A DNA stretch of 64,000 nucleotides from a bacterium (GTDB taxonomy: Bacteria > SAR324 > NAC60-12). Both the position numbers and the translations under genes were made by a program. Below the pieces are notes generated by a model. That model ran no database searches. It was given only the letters and a program-made list of their open reading frames with translations, and had not been told where the DNA came from. The stretch is from NCBI GenBank assembly GCA_965233585.1, contig CBDDTI010000745.1:320001-384000 (forward strand), read 5' to 3'. Below, piece after piece: positions 31,589 through 42,720 of the stretch (positions within the stretch are counted from its first letter, which is position 1; the number at the start of each line of letters is the position of its first letter).

Positions 31589-33756
31589 ACCGTACTTTAG
31601 AGGAACGCACTCGTAGTTTTATCATGAGAAGCCTCGCTAAGAGTTTCACCAAAAAATTAGAGAAGAAGAATGCTATCAGTATCAGGCTAGGAATCACACA
31701 ATCCTTTTCACTTGTGATTATTTTGATCACATTGATTGTCATTAGCCTCTTCTTTTACAGTTCACAAAAGTCTATTGAGCAGTTATCAACGCGTATCAGC
31801 AAAGAGATTGTCAATCAAATCATTCAAGAGACTGAACGATTTCTTACACTTCCTGCACAACAAACCAAAACGATTGCTAAGTATGCTTCTTCGCTTTACA
31901 CGGACAAAGGAGTGATTGGGGAATATGAGCAGATTTGGAAAACCATGTGGGATCATCTCTTAATTTGGAAGAGTGCGCAGACGGTTTTTGTTGCTGATGA
32001 AAATGGAAATTATGTCCAAGTCAGACGTTCTCCTAGATTTGCAACACGTATCATTGACAGAGTTTCTGACCCTCAAAAACCTGATGAAATATGGCTTTAC
32101 CGAGATAAGGATTATAACGTCGTAGATACGCTGCTCCGAGAGCCAAAGTTTGACCCGCGCGTGCGACCATGGTACCAAGGAACAGGAAGGTCAGAAAAGA
32201 TTTATTGGACTGATGTTTACGTTTTTACAACCGCCAAAACGCCGGGAATTTCTGCAAGCTATCCCATTCTCGTTAATGGGGAACAGAAGGGGGCGTCCGT
32301 TTTTAATATTCCCCTCAGCAGTCTCTCTCAATTACTAGCTAAGCAACAAGTGTCAGAAAATGGTGTTGTTCTAGTGCTGGACTCTAAAGACCAAGTCTTA
32401 GCTTACCAAGATGCCAGTCTTTTATTAAAAACTGAGGGAAGCAAGTTGCGATTGATTACCATTGATGAGTTCCCTTTGGATTGGGTTGCCAAATCTTATA
32501 ACGCTTATCAACAGCAAGACCAGAAACGTTTTGTCTATTCAGCAGGGAATTTTTTTAACCCTTATGAACGTTACGTCACACAACTGATTGACTTCCCAAC
32601 AGAGTTGGATTGGAAAGTGTTGATTGTCATTCCTGAAATGGATATTTTAGGAGAATTTTATGACATTTTATGGAAAACGATTGCAGTGTCTTTAGGTATT
32701 CTTTTGTTTGGGGTTGGTTGGATTTACGTGTTTGCCAAACAAATCACCAGACCAATTGTCAATATGACGCAAGAATTGAGAAAAATCAGAAACCTAGATT
32801 TAGATAATGTAGGTTTTATGGAGAGCCGTTTTGTGGAGTTGCATTCTATGCGTTCATCAATGGAAGCCATGATTCAGAGCCTGCATTCGTTCAATCGGTA
32901 TGTCCCTGCCTCCTTGGTACGTCAGCTGATTGAATTAGGCAAAGAAGCAGTCATAGAAGCTGACGAAGCAGAAGTGGTCATCTTCTTTTCTGACATTGTT
33001 GACTTTACAACCATTGCTGAAGGCTTAGATAACCAAGAATTAATTCGCTATCTATCACTTTACTTAAAAGAAGTCTCAACCACTATTCAAGACAATTTAG
33101 GAACGATTGATAAGTTTATTGGTGATGCTGTGATGGCATTTTGGGGTGCGCCTGTGCATTTTCCCAATTCTCCATACCTTGCTTGTCACTCAGCTCTCAA
33201 ATGTATCCAACAAATTGAAATGTTGAATAAGTTGTGGAATTACTCCCCCAATCTGAAGACAAGGATTGGATTACATTCTGGCTCAACGTTGGTTGGTAAT
33301 ATTGGTTGCGATGACAGAATGAATTACACGGTCATTGGTGACAATGTGAATTTAGCGGCACGCTTAGAAGCATTGAATAAGCTCTATGGCACAAGTATCA
33401 TCATTAGTGGTTCTTTACGTCAAAGTGTTGCTAAATTTTTTCAGTTCAGATTTTTAGATGTTGTCGTCGTCAAAGGCAAAAGTAAAAGTGTCAGAATTTA
33501 TGAACTAATTGCTGAGGCTAATGAGATTCTCCCTGCTGAGCAAAATCATTTTATTCAAGAATATGAAAGAGGCATGAGTTTTTATCTGGCTCAAAACTGG
33601 GACAGCGCCACTCAGTGCTTTGCAGAGTTGTCAAAGAAATATCCTGATGACCTGTCAGTCGCACGCCTCTTGGAACGTTGCACCAGATACAGAAACGAGC
33701 CAAATTTAAAATTTGGCGAAGACTGGGACGGTGCCGTGATTCTTGACTCTAAATAA
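31564..33756 (+). CDS. Membrane class III adenylate/guanylate cyclase with Cache sensor domain
   Basis: Two TM segments; FDPRVRPWY Cache motif; FSDIVDFT, DKFIGDAVMAFWG, GDNVNLAARLE; start uncertain. Confidence 0.92.
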   Translation: MEKTTLGLNRTLEERTRSFIMRSLAKSFTKKLEKKNAISIRLGITQSFSLVIILITLIVISLFFYSSQKSIEQLSTRISKEIVNQIIQETERFLTLPAQQTKTIAKYASSLYTDKGVIGEYEQIWKTMWDHLLIWKSAQTVFVADENGNYVQVRRSPRFATRIIDRVSDPQKPDEIWLYRDKDYNVVDTLLREPKFDPRVRPWYQGTGRSEKIYWTDVYVFTTAKTPGISASYPILVNGEQKGASVFNIPLSSLSQLLAKQQVSENGVVLVLDSKDQVLAYQDASLLLKTEGSKLRLITIDEFPLDWVAKSYNAYQQQDQKRFVYSAGNFFNPYERYVTQLIDFPTELDWKVLIVIPEMDILGEFYDILWKTIAVSLGILLFGVGWIYVFAKQITRPIVNMTQELRKIRNLDLDNVGFMESRFVELHSMRSSMEAMIQSLHSFNRYVPASLVRQLIELGKEAVIEADEAEVVIFFSDIVDFTTIAEGLDNQELIRYLSLYLKEVSTTIQDNLGTIDKFIGDAVMAFWGAPVHFPNSPYLACHSALKCIQQIEMLNKLWNYSPNLKTRIGLHSGSTLVGNIGCDDRMNYTVIGDNVNLAARLEALNKLYGTSIIISGSLRQSVAKFFQFRFLDVVVVKGKSKSVRIYELIAEANEILPAEQNHFIQEYERGMSFYLAQNWDSATQCFAELSKKYPDDLSVARLLERCTRYRNEPNLKFGEDWDGAVILDSK

Positions 33757-33853
33757 GACAAGTCTCAATCCAAAAATTTCGCCTTTTTCATTCCTTAATC
33801 TCAACAAGCTGACTAAAAAGGGACTCAAAGACTCTCTTGCAACAGCTTTTGAA

Positions 33854-34411
33854 TTAGAGTTTTTCCAAAAAAAACACTTTTGTATCTCCATAAATTTTCA
33901 TCAGTTTTTGAGAAAGTTTGGTCTGAGGTAAGTTCGTCGTCTTAGTCATTTCTACAATGACCCATGTTTGTTCTGTCAAACACGGGTTTGTTTCTATTTC
34001 TTCCAAGATTGTTTCATATTCCAGACTTGCATAAGGTGGGTCAATAAAAATCAGTGCTTTAAAAGGTTGGACTTGCCTGTGCCTTTGTAAAACCTTCAAT
34101 GCCCGACCTTTGACACACTTGACGGCTACCTCATCGCACTGAATTTTTTGCAGATTACTTTGCAAGCATTTGTACGCACTCTGGGAATGTTCTACAAATA
34201 AAGCCTCTGGTACTCCCAAACTTAATGCCTCAATTCCCAAAGCCCCTGACCCTGCATATAAATCTAAAACCTTGTAATCTTGCCAGCAAAGACGATGTGC
34301 CAGCACATTAAAAATGCCTTCTTTAGTGCGTGCTGAAGTCGGACGAGTTTGTGAGGGGTCTGGAAGAGTCAGCCGTAACCTTTTCCACCTACCCCCAATG
34401 ACTTGAATCAT
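33854..34411 (-). CDS. rsmD: 16S rRNA m2G966 methyltransferase
   Basis: TRPT, LDLYAGSGALGIEALS, DPPY, YGDT. Confidence 0.93.
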   Translation of the reverse strand: MIQVIGGRWKRLRLTLPDPSQTRPTSARTKEGIFNVLAHRLCWQDYKVLDLYAGSGALGIEALSLGVPEALFVEHSQSAYKCLQSNLQKIQCDEVAVKCVKGRALKVLQRHRQVQPFKALIFIDPPYASLEYETILEEIETNPCLTEQTWVIVEMTKTTNLPQTKLSQKLMKIYGDTKVFFLEKL

Positions 34412-34560
34412 AGAGATTTGCTATTTTGACAAAAGACTTGTAACCTGTTGGGTTTTTGTGTTTGCACTTTACTTTACCTCATCTTTCAAATGAAGTAGAG
34501 CTTGTTCCTTCACCGTCCAATCTCTCAAAAGAAACACTCAACACATTTTTATAATTTTTG

Positions 34561-35298
34561 ATGAAGACCCAGGGCTTTTTAGAAGTTTGTATAGATAATC
34601 CTCTCTCATTGCATCATGCGATTGCAGGAGGTGCTGATCGGATTGAGTTGTGTCAGTCGTTAAACACAGGAGGATTAACGCCTTCGCTTGGGTTTATCAA
34701 GTGGGCATTACAGAAAACAACTGTGCCAATTCGTGTAATGATCCGTCAAAGAGGTGGTGATTTCTGTTACACCAATGACGATATAGAAACCATGTTACAA
34801 GACATCAGAGCTTTGCCTCAACATGAAATGCTGGAAGGAATTGTTGTGGGAATTTTGACACAAGACCACCAAATTGATTGTAAAAAGATGCAAAAAATCA
34901 AAGAGGCTTGTGGCAATCTGGCTGTCACTTTTCATCGTGCTTTTGACCATAGCCAAGATGCTTATCAAGCATTAAAGGATTTGCAAACATGCGGAGTAGA
35001 TACCCTGTTGACCAGCGGACAACAAGAACAGGCTGTTGATGGAATAGACTTACTTGCTGATTTAGCCAGCCATGCAGGAGTCCTTCAAATTATGATCTGT
35101 GGCGGATTTGCACCCTTGCCAAAAGAAGTGCGGCTGTTAAAAAAACATTGTCCCACTTCATGGTTTCATATTGCGGGTGCCAAAATTCATAACTCCAATG
35201 AAACAGAAATCAACATGGGCAAAGATGTAACGTCTGATGATTTACTCATCACTGATGTAGATGTTGTGAAAGCTGTCAGACGAACATTAGATGAGTGA
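34561..35298 (+). CDS. cutC: CutC family protein
   Basis: LEVC, GADRIELC, GGLTPS, TFHRAFD, LTSG. Confidence 0.92.
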   Translation: MKTQGFLEVCIDNPLSLHHAIAGGADRIELCQSLNTGGLTPSLGFIKWALQKTTVPIRVMIRQRGGDFCYTNDDIETMLQDIRALPQHEMLEGIVVGILTQDHQIDCKKMQKIKEACGNLAVTFHRAFDHSQDAYQALKDLQTCGVDTLLTSGQQEQAVDGIDLLADLASHAGVLQIMICGGFAPLPKEVRLLKKHCPTSWFHIAGAKIHNSNETEINMGKDVTSDDLLITDVDVVKAVRRTLDE

Positions 35299-36212
35299 TG
35301 ATCTTACTTGGAAACATAGAAGCCTATTGCGGTTTTAAAAAAGCAAGTCAGTTGTTACTTGACAAATACAATGCCACTGAAACATTGGTTTCAGGAATCA
35401 AATGTGTAGAAGCCAACCATTCTGTCAAAACAGTTGGCTATGGTGGGCGGGCAAATTTGCTGGGACAGGTTCAATTAGATGCTTGCTTAGTTGATGGGAC
35501 AAGTCGCAAAACTGGAGCAGTCGGCGCTATGACTACGATCAAACACCCGATTGAAACAGCATATCATGTCATGCAAAAGTTACCCCATGAAGCTCTAGTC
35601 GGTGAAGGGGCTGAAACCTTTGCCAAAGAGTGCGGTCAAGCTCAAGAAACTCTTTTAACTGAAGAATCTCAAAACATCTGGCAACACAAATTAAAGCAAT
35701 TTTTGACTGATCAAGAATGGCAACAATTCCCCAATATTCCACTGACAAAATTGGCAGGTCTCACGCAAGACCCTGAACTTGTCAAAGACACTACTATCAT
35801 GCTGGCTAGGGATTCTCATCAAAACATTGCCGCAGGAGGGAGTACTTCAGGTTGGGCATGGAAATATCCCGGTCGTTTAGGAGACTGCCCAATAGTAGGG
35901 GCTGGTTTGTATGCAGATAGTCGTTATGGTGCAGTAGGCTGTACACATCAAGGCGAAATGGTGATCCGTTGTGGAACTGCACGTTACATTATCACACTTT
36001 TATCAGAAGGTTATACACTTCAAAATGCCGTGTATCAAGCAGGGAAAGATTTAAAATCATTAGAAGATTTCTTTGATGAAGGTGTGGTCATTCATGCCAT
36101 TGATGCTCACGAAAAGAGTTGTGTGCTAGCAGTGAATTTTTCAACTCCTATTTTTTACTGGCAATGGACACCAAAAGAAGGGCTTCAAAAGAAACAAGCA
36201 GAAATGTTATAG
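35295..36212 (+). CDS. Ntn-hydrolase asparaginase (glycosylasparaginase/isoaspartyl peptidase family)
   Basis: VGYGG, LDA, DT autocleavage site, STSG, KYPGRLGD.PIVGAG. Confidence 0.88.
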   Translation: MMILLGNIEAYCGFKKASQLLLDKYNATETLVSGIKCVEANHSVKTVGYGGRANLLGQVQLDACLVDGTSRKTGAVGAMTTIKHPIETAYHVMQKLPHEALVGEGAETFAKECGQAQETLLTEESQNIWQHKLKQFLTDQEWQQFPNIPLTKLAGLTQDPELVKDTTIMLARDSHQNIAAGGSTSGWAWKYPGRLGDCPIVGAGLYADSRYGAVGCTHQGEMVIRCGTARYIITLLSEGYTLQNAVYQAGKDLKSLEDFFDEGVVIHAIDAHEKSCVLAVNFSTPIFYWQWTPKEGLQKKQAEML

Positions 36213-36295
36213 TCCATTTTACAACATGAAATCTATTTGCGAAATGAGACTGCTCCTTTTCAAAAATCTCTAACAAGATGTTTTGACTTGATATA

Positions 36296-37234
36296 ATGAC
36301 TCAACGAGTGAAACTTGCTGTTGTCGTACCTTGTTTTAACGAAGAAGAGGTTCTACCTTTGACTGCTAAAAAGCTCTTGGAGGTTTTGTCCAATACTTCA
36401 TTTGTTCAACAGACCAATGAAATCCTTTTTATTGATGATGGAAGTACAGACGAGACATGGGGGGTCATTCAAAAACTTGCATCAGAACATCAAAATATCA
36501 AAGGAGTGAAACTCTCTCATAACTTTGGGCATCAAAATGCCCTTTACTGCGGTTTGATGGAAGTGAAAGACCGTTGTGATTGTGCCATCTCCATTGATGC
36601 AGACTTGCAACAAGATGAAACAAAAATCAAAGACTTCATTGAAGAATATTTAAAAGGTAATCATATTGTTTATGGCATCAGATATGACCGCCAAACAGAT
36701 AGTTTTTTTAAAAAACACACAGCCCGACTTTTTTATCAGATGATGAAAAAAGCAGGAGTTCATTTATTTCCTCATCATGCTGATTATAGACTAGTTTCTC
36801 ATCAAGTTTTAAAAGCTCTATGTTCTTTCAAAGAATATAATCTCTTTTTAAGGGGGCTTTTCCCGTCAATGGGATTTACTCATAGTTTTGTCTATCATGG
36901 AGTTCAAGAACGCAAACATGGTCATTCTAAATACACATTATTTAAGATGTTCTCTTTTGCTTTGAACGGTCTTTCTTCCTTTAGTATCTTTCCAATTCGC
37001 TTAATCACTCTGTTTGGATTAGTCATTTCTACCTTTTCAATAGTGATGGCATTTTTTTATTTTGCAAGTTATTTTTTTGATGAAACTGTACCAGGCTGGG
37101 CATCACTCATTGTTGCTGTCTTTTTTCTGGGAGGTGTACAACTCATCAGTATTGGAGTCATTGGAGAATATATTGGAAAAACTTATCTGGAATCTAAGAA
37201 ACGACCAAACTATTTGATTGAAGAAGTATGTTAA
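36296..37234 (+). CDS. GT2 polyprenol-phosphate glycosyltransferase (GtrB-like)
   Basis: VVPCFNEE, DDGSTD, NFGHQNA, DADLQ, two C-terminal TM helices, GEYIGK.Y.E.K.RP. Confidence 0.92.
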   Translation: MTQRVKLAVVVPCFNEEEVLPLTAKKLLEVLSNTSFVQQTNEILFIDDGSTDETWGVIQKLASEHQNIKGVKLSHNFGHQNALYCGLMEVKDRCDCAISIDADLQQDETKIKDFIEEYLKGNHIVYGIRYDRQTDSFFKKHTARLFYQMMKKAGVHLFPHHADYRLVSHQVLKALCSFKEYNLFLRGLFPSMGFTHSFVYHGVQERKHGHSKYTLFKMFSFALNGLSSFSIFPIRLITLFGLVISTFSIVMAFFYFASYFFDETVPGWASLIVAVFFLGGVQLISIGVIGEYIGKTYLESKKRPNYLIEEVC

Positions 37235-37894
37235 TTGAATATAAATGATGAGAAAATGAGAAAACAAAAAAGTGAATTATACTTTGAAGAAATTGGAAGC
37301 AATTTTGACAACTGGATGTCCCTTTATGATGTCAATCAAAGAATAGATCTGATTAAAAGTTTGATGCCTTTAAATACTCTTGAAATGTCATGTTTAGAAA
37401 TAGGTTGCGGCACTGGAAAAATAAGCGAGGCTATTCAACCATTGGTGAAAGATTTCACAGTGTCAGACCTCTCAGAAAAATTAGCAAAAGAAACGGGCAA
37501 TAGGCTAGGAACTCACTGGGTTGTTCAAGATGCTTGTCATTTAAAAATTCCTGACCATTCGTTTGACATGGTTATTTCATCAGAGTGCATTGAGCATGTT
37601 CCCAATCCTAAATTAGCACTTTCTGAGATGGCTAGAATATTAAAACCTCAAGGATTTCTTATTGTCACTTCTCCAAACAAACTATGGTACCCCGTTCTTT
37701 GGTTATCAATGATTTTAAAAATTAGAAATTTTGAAGGAAATGAGAATTGGATGTTTCCTAAGGAAGCAGTAAATACATTAATACAGAACAACATGACTAA
37801 TATACAAATAAGCGGTTGTCATTTATTCCCTTGGCAAATTCCTCTGGCAAAATCAATCCTTCCTATTTTTGATCAATATGGAGAAAAGGCTTAA
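37235..37894 (+). CDS. Class I SAM-dependent methyltransferase
   Basis: LEIGCGTG, SSECIEHV, LKPQG. Confidence 0.85.
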   Translation: MNINDEKMRKQKSELYFEEIGSNFDNWMSLYDVNQRIDLIKSLMPLNTLEMSCLEIGCGTGKISEAIQPLVKDFTVSDLSEKLAKETGNRLGTHWVVQDACHLKIPDHSFDMVISSECIEHVPNPKLALSEMARILKPQGFLIVTSPNKLWYPVLWLSMILKIRNFEGNENWMFPKEAVNTLIQNNMTNIQISGCHLFPWQIPLAKSILPIFDQYGEKA

Positions 37895-37932
37895 AGATTA
37901 AACATATTTATTTTTAATGTTATTTTTTAGTT

Positions 37933-38781
37933 TTGAAAAAAATAATACACACTTGCGATGATTTTGGCTTGCACCGTTCTATCAATCAAGCTGTTTTGGA
38001 AACCTATAGAAATGAAATGTTAAGTGGAGCATCTATTATTCCATCAGGTGCTGAAGTAGAAAATGCGATATCCATTGCAAAGCAATGTAAAAATTTAGAC
38101 ATTGGTTTACATTTTACTTTGATTGAAGAGTTACCAGTTTCTGATCCTAATACAATTCCATCGCTTTTAAATCAAAAAGGACGATTTTTCAAAAATTATA
38201 AAGAATTTTTATTAAGATTGGTTTTAGGAAAAATTAAGAAAGAGCATATTCAACTAGAGTTAGAAAATCAAATTATTTTTTTAAAAGATCACGGAATCCA
38301 AATAATTTATTTTGATAGTCATCAGCATTTACATATGTTTCCTATTGTTTTTTCAAAACTTTTACCTGTTTTAAATCAATATCAAATTTCTTTGATTCGT
38401 TCTTCCAACACTCCTTATTTTTCTAAAAATCTTAAAAGAATAGTTCCTTTATTTTCAAGTTTTATGTTTGATGCTATGAAACTTTATATTCGTAAAAAAG
38501 GATTTATCACTCCAGATTATTTTATAGGCTTATTTGATAGTGGTTCTATTAGTGTAGATAAACTTTTAAACTGGTCTAGTCATTTCACTGATAAGACTTA
38601 CGAAATTGGTTTTCACTTAGGAACATCAGATCAACAGCTAAATAAGATTTATAGTCATTGGAAAAAACCATTTTCGTGGGAAAAAGAATTCAATGCTATC
38701 AATCATCCTGAATATAAAGCTTGTTTTGAACAAAACAAGATTACTTTAACAAAATATTCTGATTTAATTAACAATCTATAA
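37933..38781 (+). CDS. ChbG/HpnK/YdjC family carbohydrate deacetylase
   Basis: DDFG, GLHFTL, DSHQHLH. Confidence 0.88.
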   Translation: MKKIIHTCDDFGLHRSINQAVLETYRNEMLSGASIIPSGAEVENAISIAKQCKNLDIGLHFTLIEELPVSDPNTIPSLLNQKGRFFKNYKEFLLRLVLGKIKKEHIQLELENQIIFLKDHGIQIIYFDSHQHLHMFPIVFSKLLPVLNQYQISLIRSSNTPYFSKNLKRIVPLFSSFMFDAMKLYIRKKGFITPDYFIGLFDSGSISVDKLLNWSSHFTDKTYEIGFHLGTSDQQLNKIYSHWKKPFSWEKEFNAINHPEYKACFEQNKITLTKYSDLINNL

Positions 38782-38791
38782 TCAAATCAAA

Positions 38792-39538
38792 ATGCACTCT
38801 ACTCTGTATTCCGATTTTTATAAATATGAAGACAAACACTGGTGGTTTGTAGCAAGACGCAAAATTATTCAAAAATTTATCAAAAAATGTATCAATGTAA
38901 GTGGAGATTTTCAAATTCTAGAAATAGGTGCTGGAACAGGTGGAAATCTTGCTATGTTAAAAACTTTTGGAAACGTTGATGCAATGGAAATGGATAAGAA
39001 CGCTGTTCAAATGGCAAATCAAAGAAACATTTGCGAGGTTCAAGTTGGTTCTCTTCCCAATGATATTCCATTCCATCAACAATTTGATTTGGTAGTGATG
39101 TTGGATGTGTTAGAACATATTGAAGATGATTATGCAGCATTAGATTCAATTAAAGTATTACTAAAAGAACAATCAAAATTACTTATTACTGTTCCTGCTT
39201 ATCAATCCCTTTGGAGTAATAGGGATGTGGTCAATCAACATTTTAGGCGTTATAATATTAAAAATTTAACTGAGCTATTACTAAGATGTAATTTTAAAGT
39301 CAGCTATTGCAGTTATTATAATACTTTTTTATTTTTACCTTTTGTGCTAAAAGTTATTTTTGATAATCTTAAAAAAGAAAAACGAAGAGAGAGTGATTTG
39401 AATATACCTTCTGACCTAATTAATTACTTTTTAAAAAAAATTTTTTGCACTGAAAGATTTTTAATTCCTCACATTAAATTTCCATTTGGAGTTTCCATTA
39501 TAATGGAAGCAGAATTTGAAAAAAGTTCAAAAATTTGA
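38792..39538 (+). CDS. Class I SAM-dependent methyltransferase
   Basis: HWWFVARR, LEIGAGTG, LDVLEHIEDD, TVPA, HFRRY. Confidence 0.88.
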   Translation: MHSTLYSDFYKYEDKHWWFVARRKIIQKFIKKCINVSGDFQILEIGAGTGGNLAMLKTFGNVDAMEMDKNAVQMANQRNICEVQVGSLPNDIPFHQQFDLVVMLDVLEHIEDDYAALDSIKVLLKEQSKLLITVPAYQSLWSNRDVVNQHFRRYNIKNLTELLLRCNFKVSYCSYYNTFLFLPFVLKVIFDNLKKEKRRESDLNIPSDLINYFLKKIFCTERFLIPHIKFPFGVSIIMEAEFEKSSKI

Positions 39539-39544
39539 ATTAAG

Positions 39545-40994
39545 ATGCAAAAAGAATTCTGGAATCAAGAAACTTTATATTTTGAGTTTTCCTATACTAA
39601 GAAGCAACAATGCCAAAGTTCTCAGGAAATTATTGATCTCATTGGAAATTTAGAACATAAAAAAGTATTAGACTTCGGATGTGGCTATGCGTATGGTTCA
39701 AATCTTTTTTTATCCTCTGGTATAGAAAAACTAATCTTGTATGATCAATCTGATCATGTGTATAAATATTTATGTGAAAATGACAATAAAAATCCAAAAA
39801 TAAAAGTTGTTAAAAATTTAAATGGTTTGTTAATAAATGAATTTAAGGTGGACATAATTATTATTTACTCTGTCATTCAATATCTTGAAAAGAATGATTT
39901 AGAAAAAATTTTAAATCAACTTAGTAAAATTTTAAGTGAAAAAGGGTTGATTGTGATTGGAGATGTTCCTAGTAAAGATACTAGAATCTATGATTTACTA
40001 CATTTATTTGAATTTGCATTTAAAGAAAAAATTTTGAAGGAAACTATTCAAAATATTATTCAATTTATTTTCAACAAGAATTATCAAAATCTAGTTTTTT
40101 ATACAGAAAAAGCTTTGAAAAAAATGGTATTGTTAAACTATAAGTGATATGCGATATTAAGTTCATTTAATTGAATTGATAGTCATGGTGTAGCAATGAA
40201 GTCGTGTCCTAGATGTGAAAGTGAGAAGACGGTTAAGAATGGTTTTTTATATGGTAAACCGAGGAGGCGTTGCAATGCCTGCAACTATCAATATACCAAG
40301 TCCTATCGTGGCCAAATCTCACCACAGATCAAAAGAAGAGCATTAGAGTTGTATTTGGAGGGTCTTGGTTTCAGGTCAATCGGTCGTTTGCTGAATTGTT
40401 CTCATGTTTCAGTTTATAATTGGGTCTGTAGTTTTGGCGAACAGCTCAAGGCATTAAGATAAGGACACAGACATTGAAATTATGGAAATTGATGAAATGC
40501 ACACCTACATCCAGTCAAAAAAAACTACTGCTGGCTCTGGATTGCTGTTGATAGATGTGGGAAGCAATTTATCAATTGTGTGCTTGGAAACAGAGACTCA
40601 AAAGCCTGTAGGCATTTATGGGACAAGGTCAAGGAAACAAAACCTCTTCAGGTGATGACTGATCACTGGAAGGCTTACAAACAAGTCATTCCCAAAGAAA
40701 TTCATACATGTTCCAAGGCAGAAACATACACGATAGAAGGGTATAATTCTCTCTTGAGACATTTCTTGGCAAGAATGAGAAGGAAAACCAAATGTTACAG
40801 CAAGTCTCTTAAAGCATTACAATATTCTGTTCTTTTGTTCATGGCAAAACGGAATAATCAGCTATCACTTATTATTTAACAATGCCAAAAAAATTACTCC
40901 AAAAATTTTTAAAATACAAAAATTAGATAGAAATATTGGAATCTCTAGGAAAAGAAACAGTTATATTTTAACAAAACTTAACGATGACTTTTAG
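39545..40994 (+). pseudogene. SAM-dependent methyltransferase interrupted near its 3' end by IS1 type b
   Basis: LDFGCG motif; removing the IS and one TSD restores ..ALKKITPKIFKIQ..TKLNDDF* ending at 40994. Confidence 0.8.
40126..40886 (+). mobile_element. IS1-family element, type b, copy 1 (761 bp)
   Basis: IRs GGTATTGTTAA / TTAACAATGCC; 8-bp TSD AAAAAAAT; a 1-bp insertion creates a stop in the InsA-like ORF at 40460-40462. Confidence 0.92.
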
Positions 40995-42720
40995 ATTATT
41001 TTATTTGATAACTATTAGTTTATTAGTTTTGTATATTCTATTACATTGGTTCTATGCTATTTTTCCTGTCAAAGATTTTGAATCTGTCATACTCATTAGT
41101 GAGGATACACTTTATCAAACAGAAGAGTTCTTATTAGCTTTAGACTATCCGAATATTCAGATGATGAATAGCGGTCCTGTTGCTTATGGGATTGAACCGT
41201 ACTATCTCATACCTATCTTCAAAATAGTTGAGTTGATTTTAGGACAATCTGATCCATTGTATGCTTATTACATTCTAATTATTTTCCACATTGTTAGTGC
41301 CTCCCTAGCACTGTTTATTTTTTCAAAGCTTATTTTTAAGTACACTGGTTCCATTCTTTATCCCATTTTATTTCTTGCCACGTCATTGACCTCTCCTCTT
41401 TTCTTTTTCAATTTTTCCTACATCAAACCTGATCCTACTATTGTGTTATTGTGTAGTGCTTGTGCTTTGTGGTGCATAGACAAATCTGCCACTCTTAAAT
41501 CTGAAAAATACTTTCTCATTGCAATTTTATTTGCTTCTTTGGGGTTTGCTTTTAAATGGTGGACTCTTTTATTATTACCAACTTTCTTGTTTCTTTATAA
41601 GGATTTACAGTTTTATAAAATTAATACTAAGTTTTTATACTTCACTTTTATTTCATTTTTAATTGTTATTTTTTCTGTTTATTTTACTATACAAAATGAA
41701 CTTCTCATTTCTCTTCAAAAAAGATTACCTTTTTTTGTTGAAGATGATCAGCTTTCTGCATCCTTAATTGCTTTTTTATTTTTTGGTTGGGTGAGTCTAT
41801 TTATTTTCATAACTTATGTCAATTATAAACAAAATGATTTTTTAAAAATCGTCAAAATTTACATCAGTCCATTTGCTCTTTTTTCAGTATGGGTTTTGAT
41901 TTTTCAAACTCCATTGCTCTTAGAATTTAAAAGGATTGTCATCAGCATTTATTATTTTATTGGAAGGTTTTTTATTAAATCTTATACTGGTACAAGTGAT
42001 ACAATAGGATTGTTTAATAATGTTGTTAATTGGCTAAGTCTTTCTTGGAATGAAAGTGTTATTTCTCCATTTACAATTATATTGATTGTAGCAAGTATTT
42101 ATTTGATTAAGAATCAGCGTATTAAACTCATAAAGTATTATTCACTATGGTTATTTTCTTTAATGAGTTTTATGTTTATTTTAGTTGCTAGAAATAGCTC
42201 TTACGCATTGGCAATGTTGTATCCTGTATTGTTATGTTGGATATTTCTATCTTGCAACAGTCATAGATTCAAACCTATTCTTGTTTCGCTTATCTGTTTA
42301 CAAATTTTATATCAGAACTTTACAAAAAATGACCAGCAAATTCGTATCATTTCAATGTTAGAAAATAGACAAAAGATACCTCAATTTGCATCAAGTGTTA
42401 AAAATGAAGTGGATTCTTTTAGAAATCAATCACATCCCAGCTCAAAAATATTTTTATTAAATAGAAATTATCCTACAAAAATAGATCATTTTGAACGATT
42501 TACTTTAACTAATCTGGTGAAAGAAAAGAGAGTCCAACGTTTCAATCAGGTGATGAATCAAATGTCTCCTGATGATTTATTGCTACTTGTCAATAGACAA
42601 AATGAGGTCATCAACCAGTACGATAACCAGCTTCATTTAGAACATGAAATTTCTTTGATTGATATAGACAACAACCCTTACAAAATTTATTTTTACCAAA
42701 AAGGTGATGTATCTTTTTAA
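40984..42720 (+). CDS. Polytopic membrane protein, probable GT-C-fold glycosyltransferase
   Basis: Many TM helices; luminal SED and KPD motifs; located in a cluster with a GtrB-like GT2. Confidence 0.6.
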   Translation: MTFRLFYLITISLLVLYILLHWFYAIFPVKDFESVILISEDTLYQTEEFLLALDYPNIQMMNSGPVAYGIEPYYLIPIFKIVELILGQSDPLYAYYILIIFHIVSASLALFIFSKLIFKYTGSILYPILFLATSLTSPLFFFNFSYIKPDPTIVLLCSACALWCIDKSATLKSEKYFLIAILFASLGFAFKWWTLLLLPTFLFLYKDLQFYKINTKFLYFTFISFLIVIFSVYFTIQNELLISLQKRLPFFVEDDQLSASLIAFLFFGWVSLFIFITYVNYKQNDFLKIVKIYISPFALFSVWVLIFQTPLLLEFKRIVISIYYFIGRFFIKSYTGTSDTIGLFNNVVNWLSLSWNESVISPFTIILIVASIYLIKNQRIKLIKYYSLWLFSLMSFMFILVARNSSYALAMLYPVLLCWIFLSCNSHRFKPILVSLICLQILYQNFTKNDQQIRIISMLENRQKIPQFASSVKNEVDSFRNQSHPSSKIFLLNRNYPTKIDHFERFTLTNLVKEKRVQRFNQVMNQMSPDDLLLLVNRQNEVINQYDNQLHLEHEISLIDIDNNPYKIYFYQKGDVSF

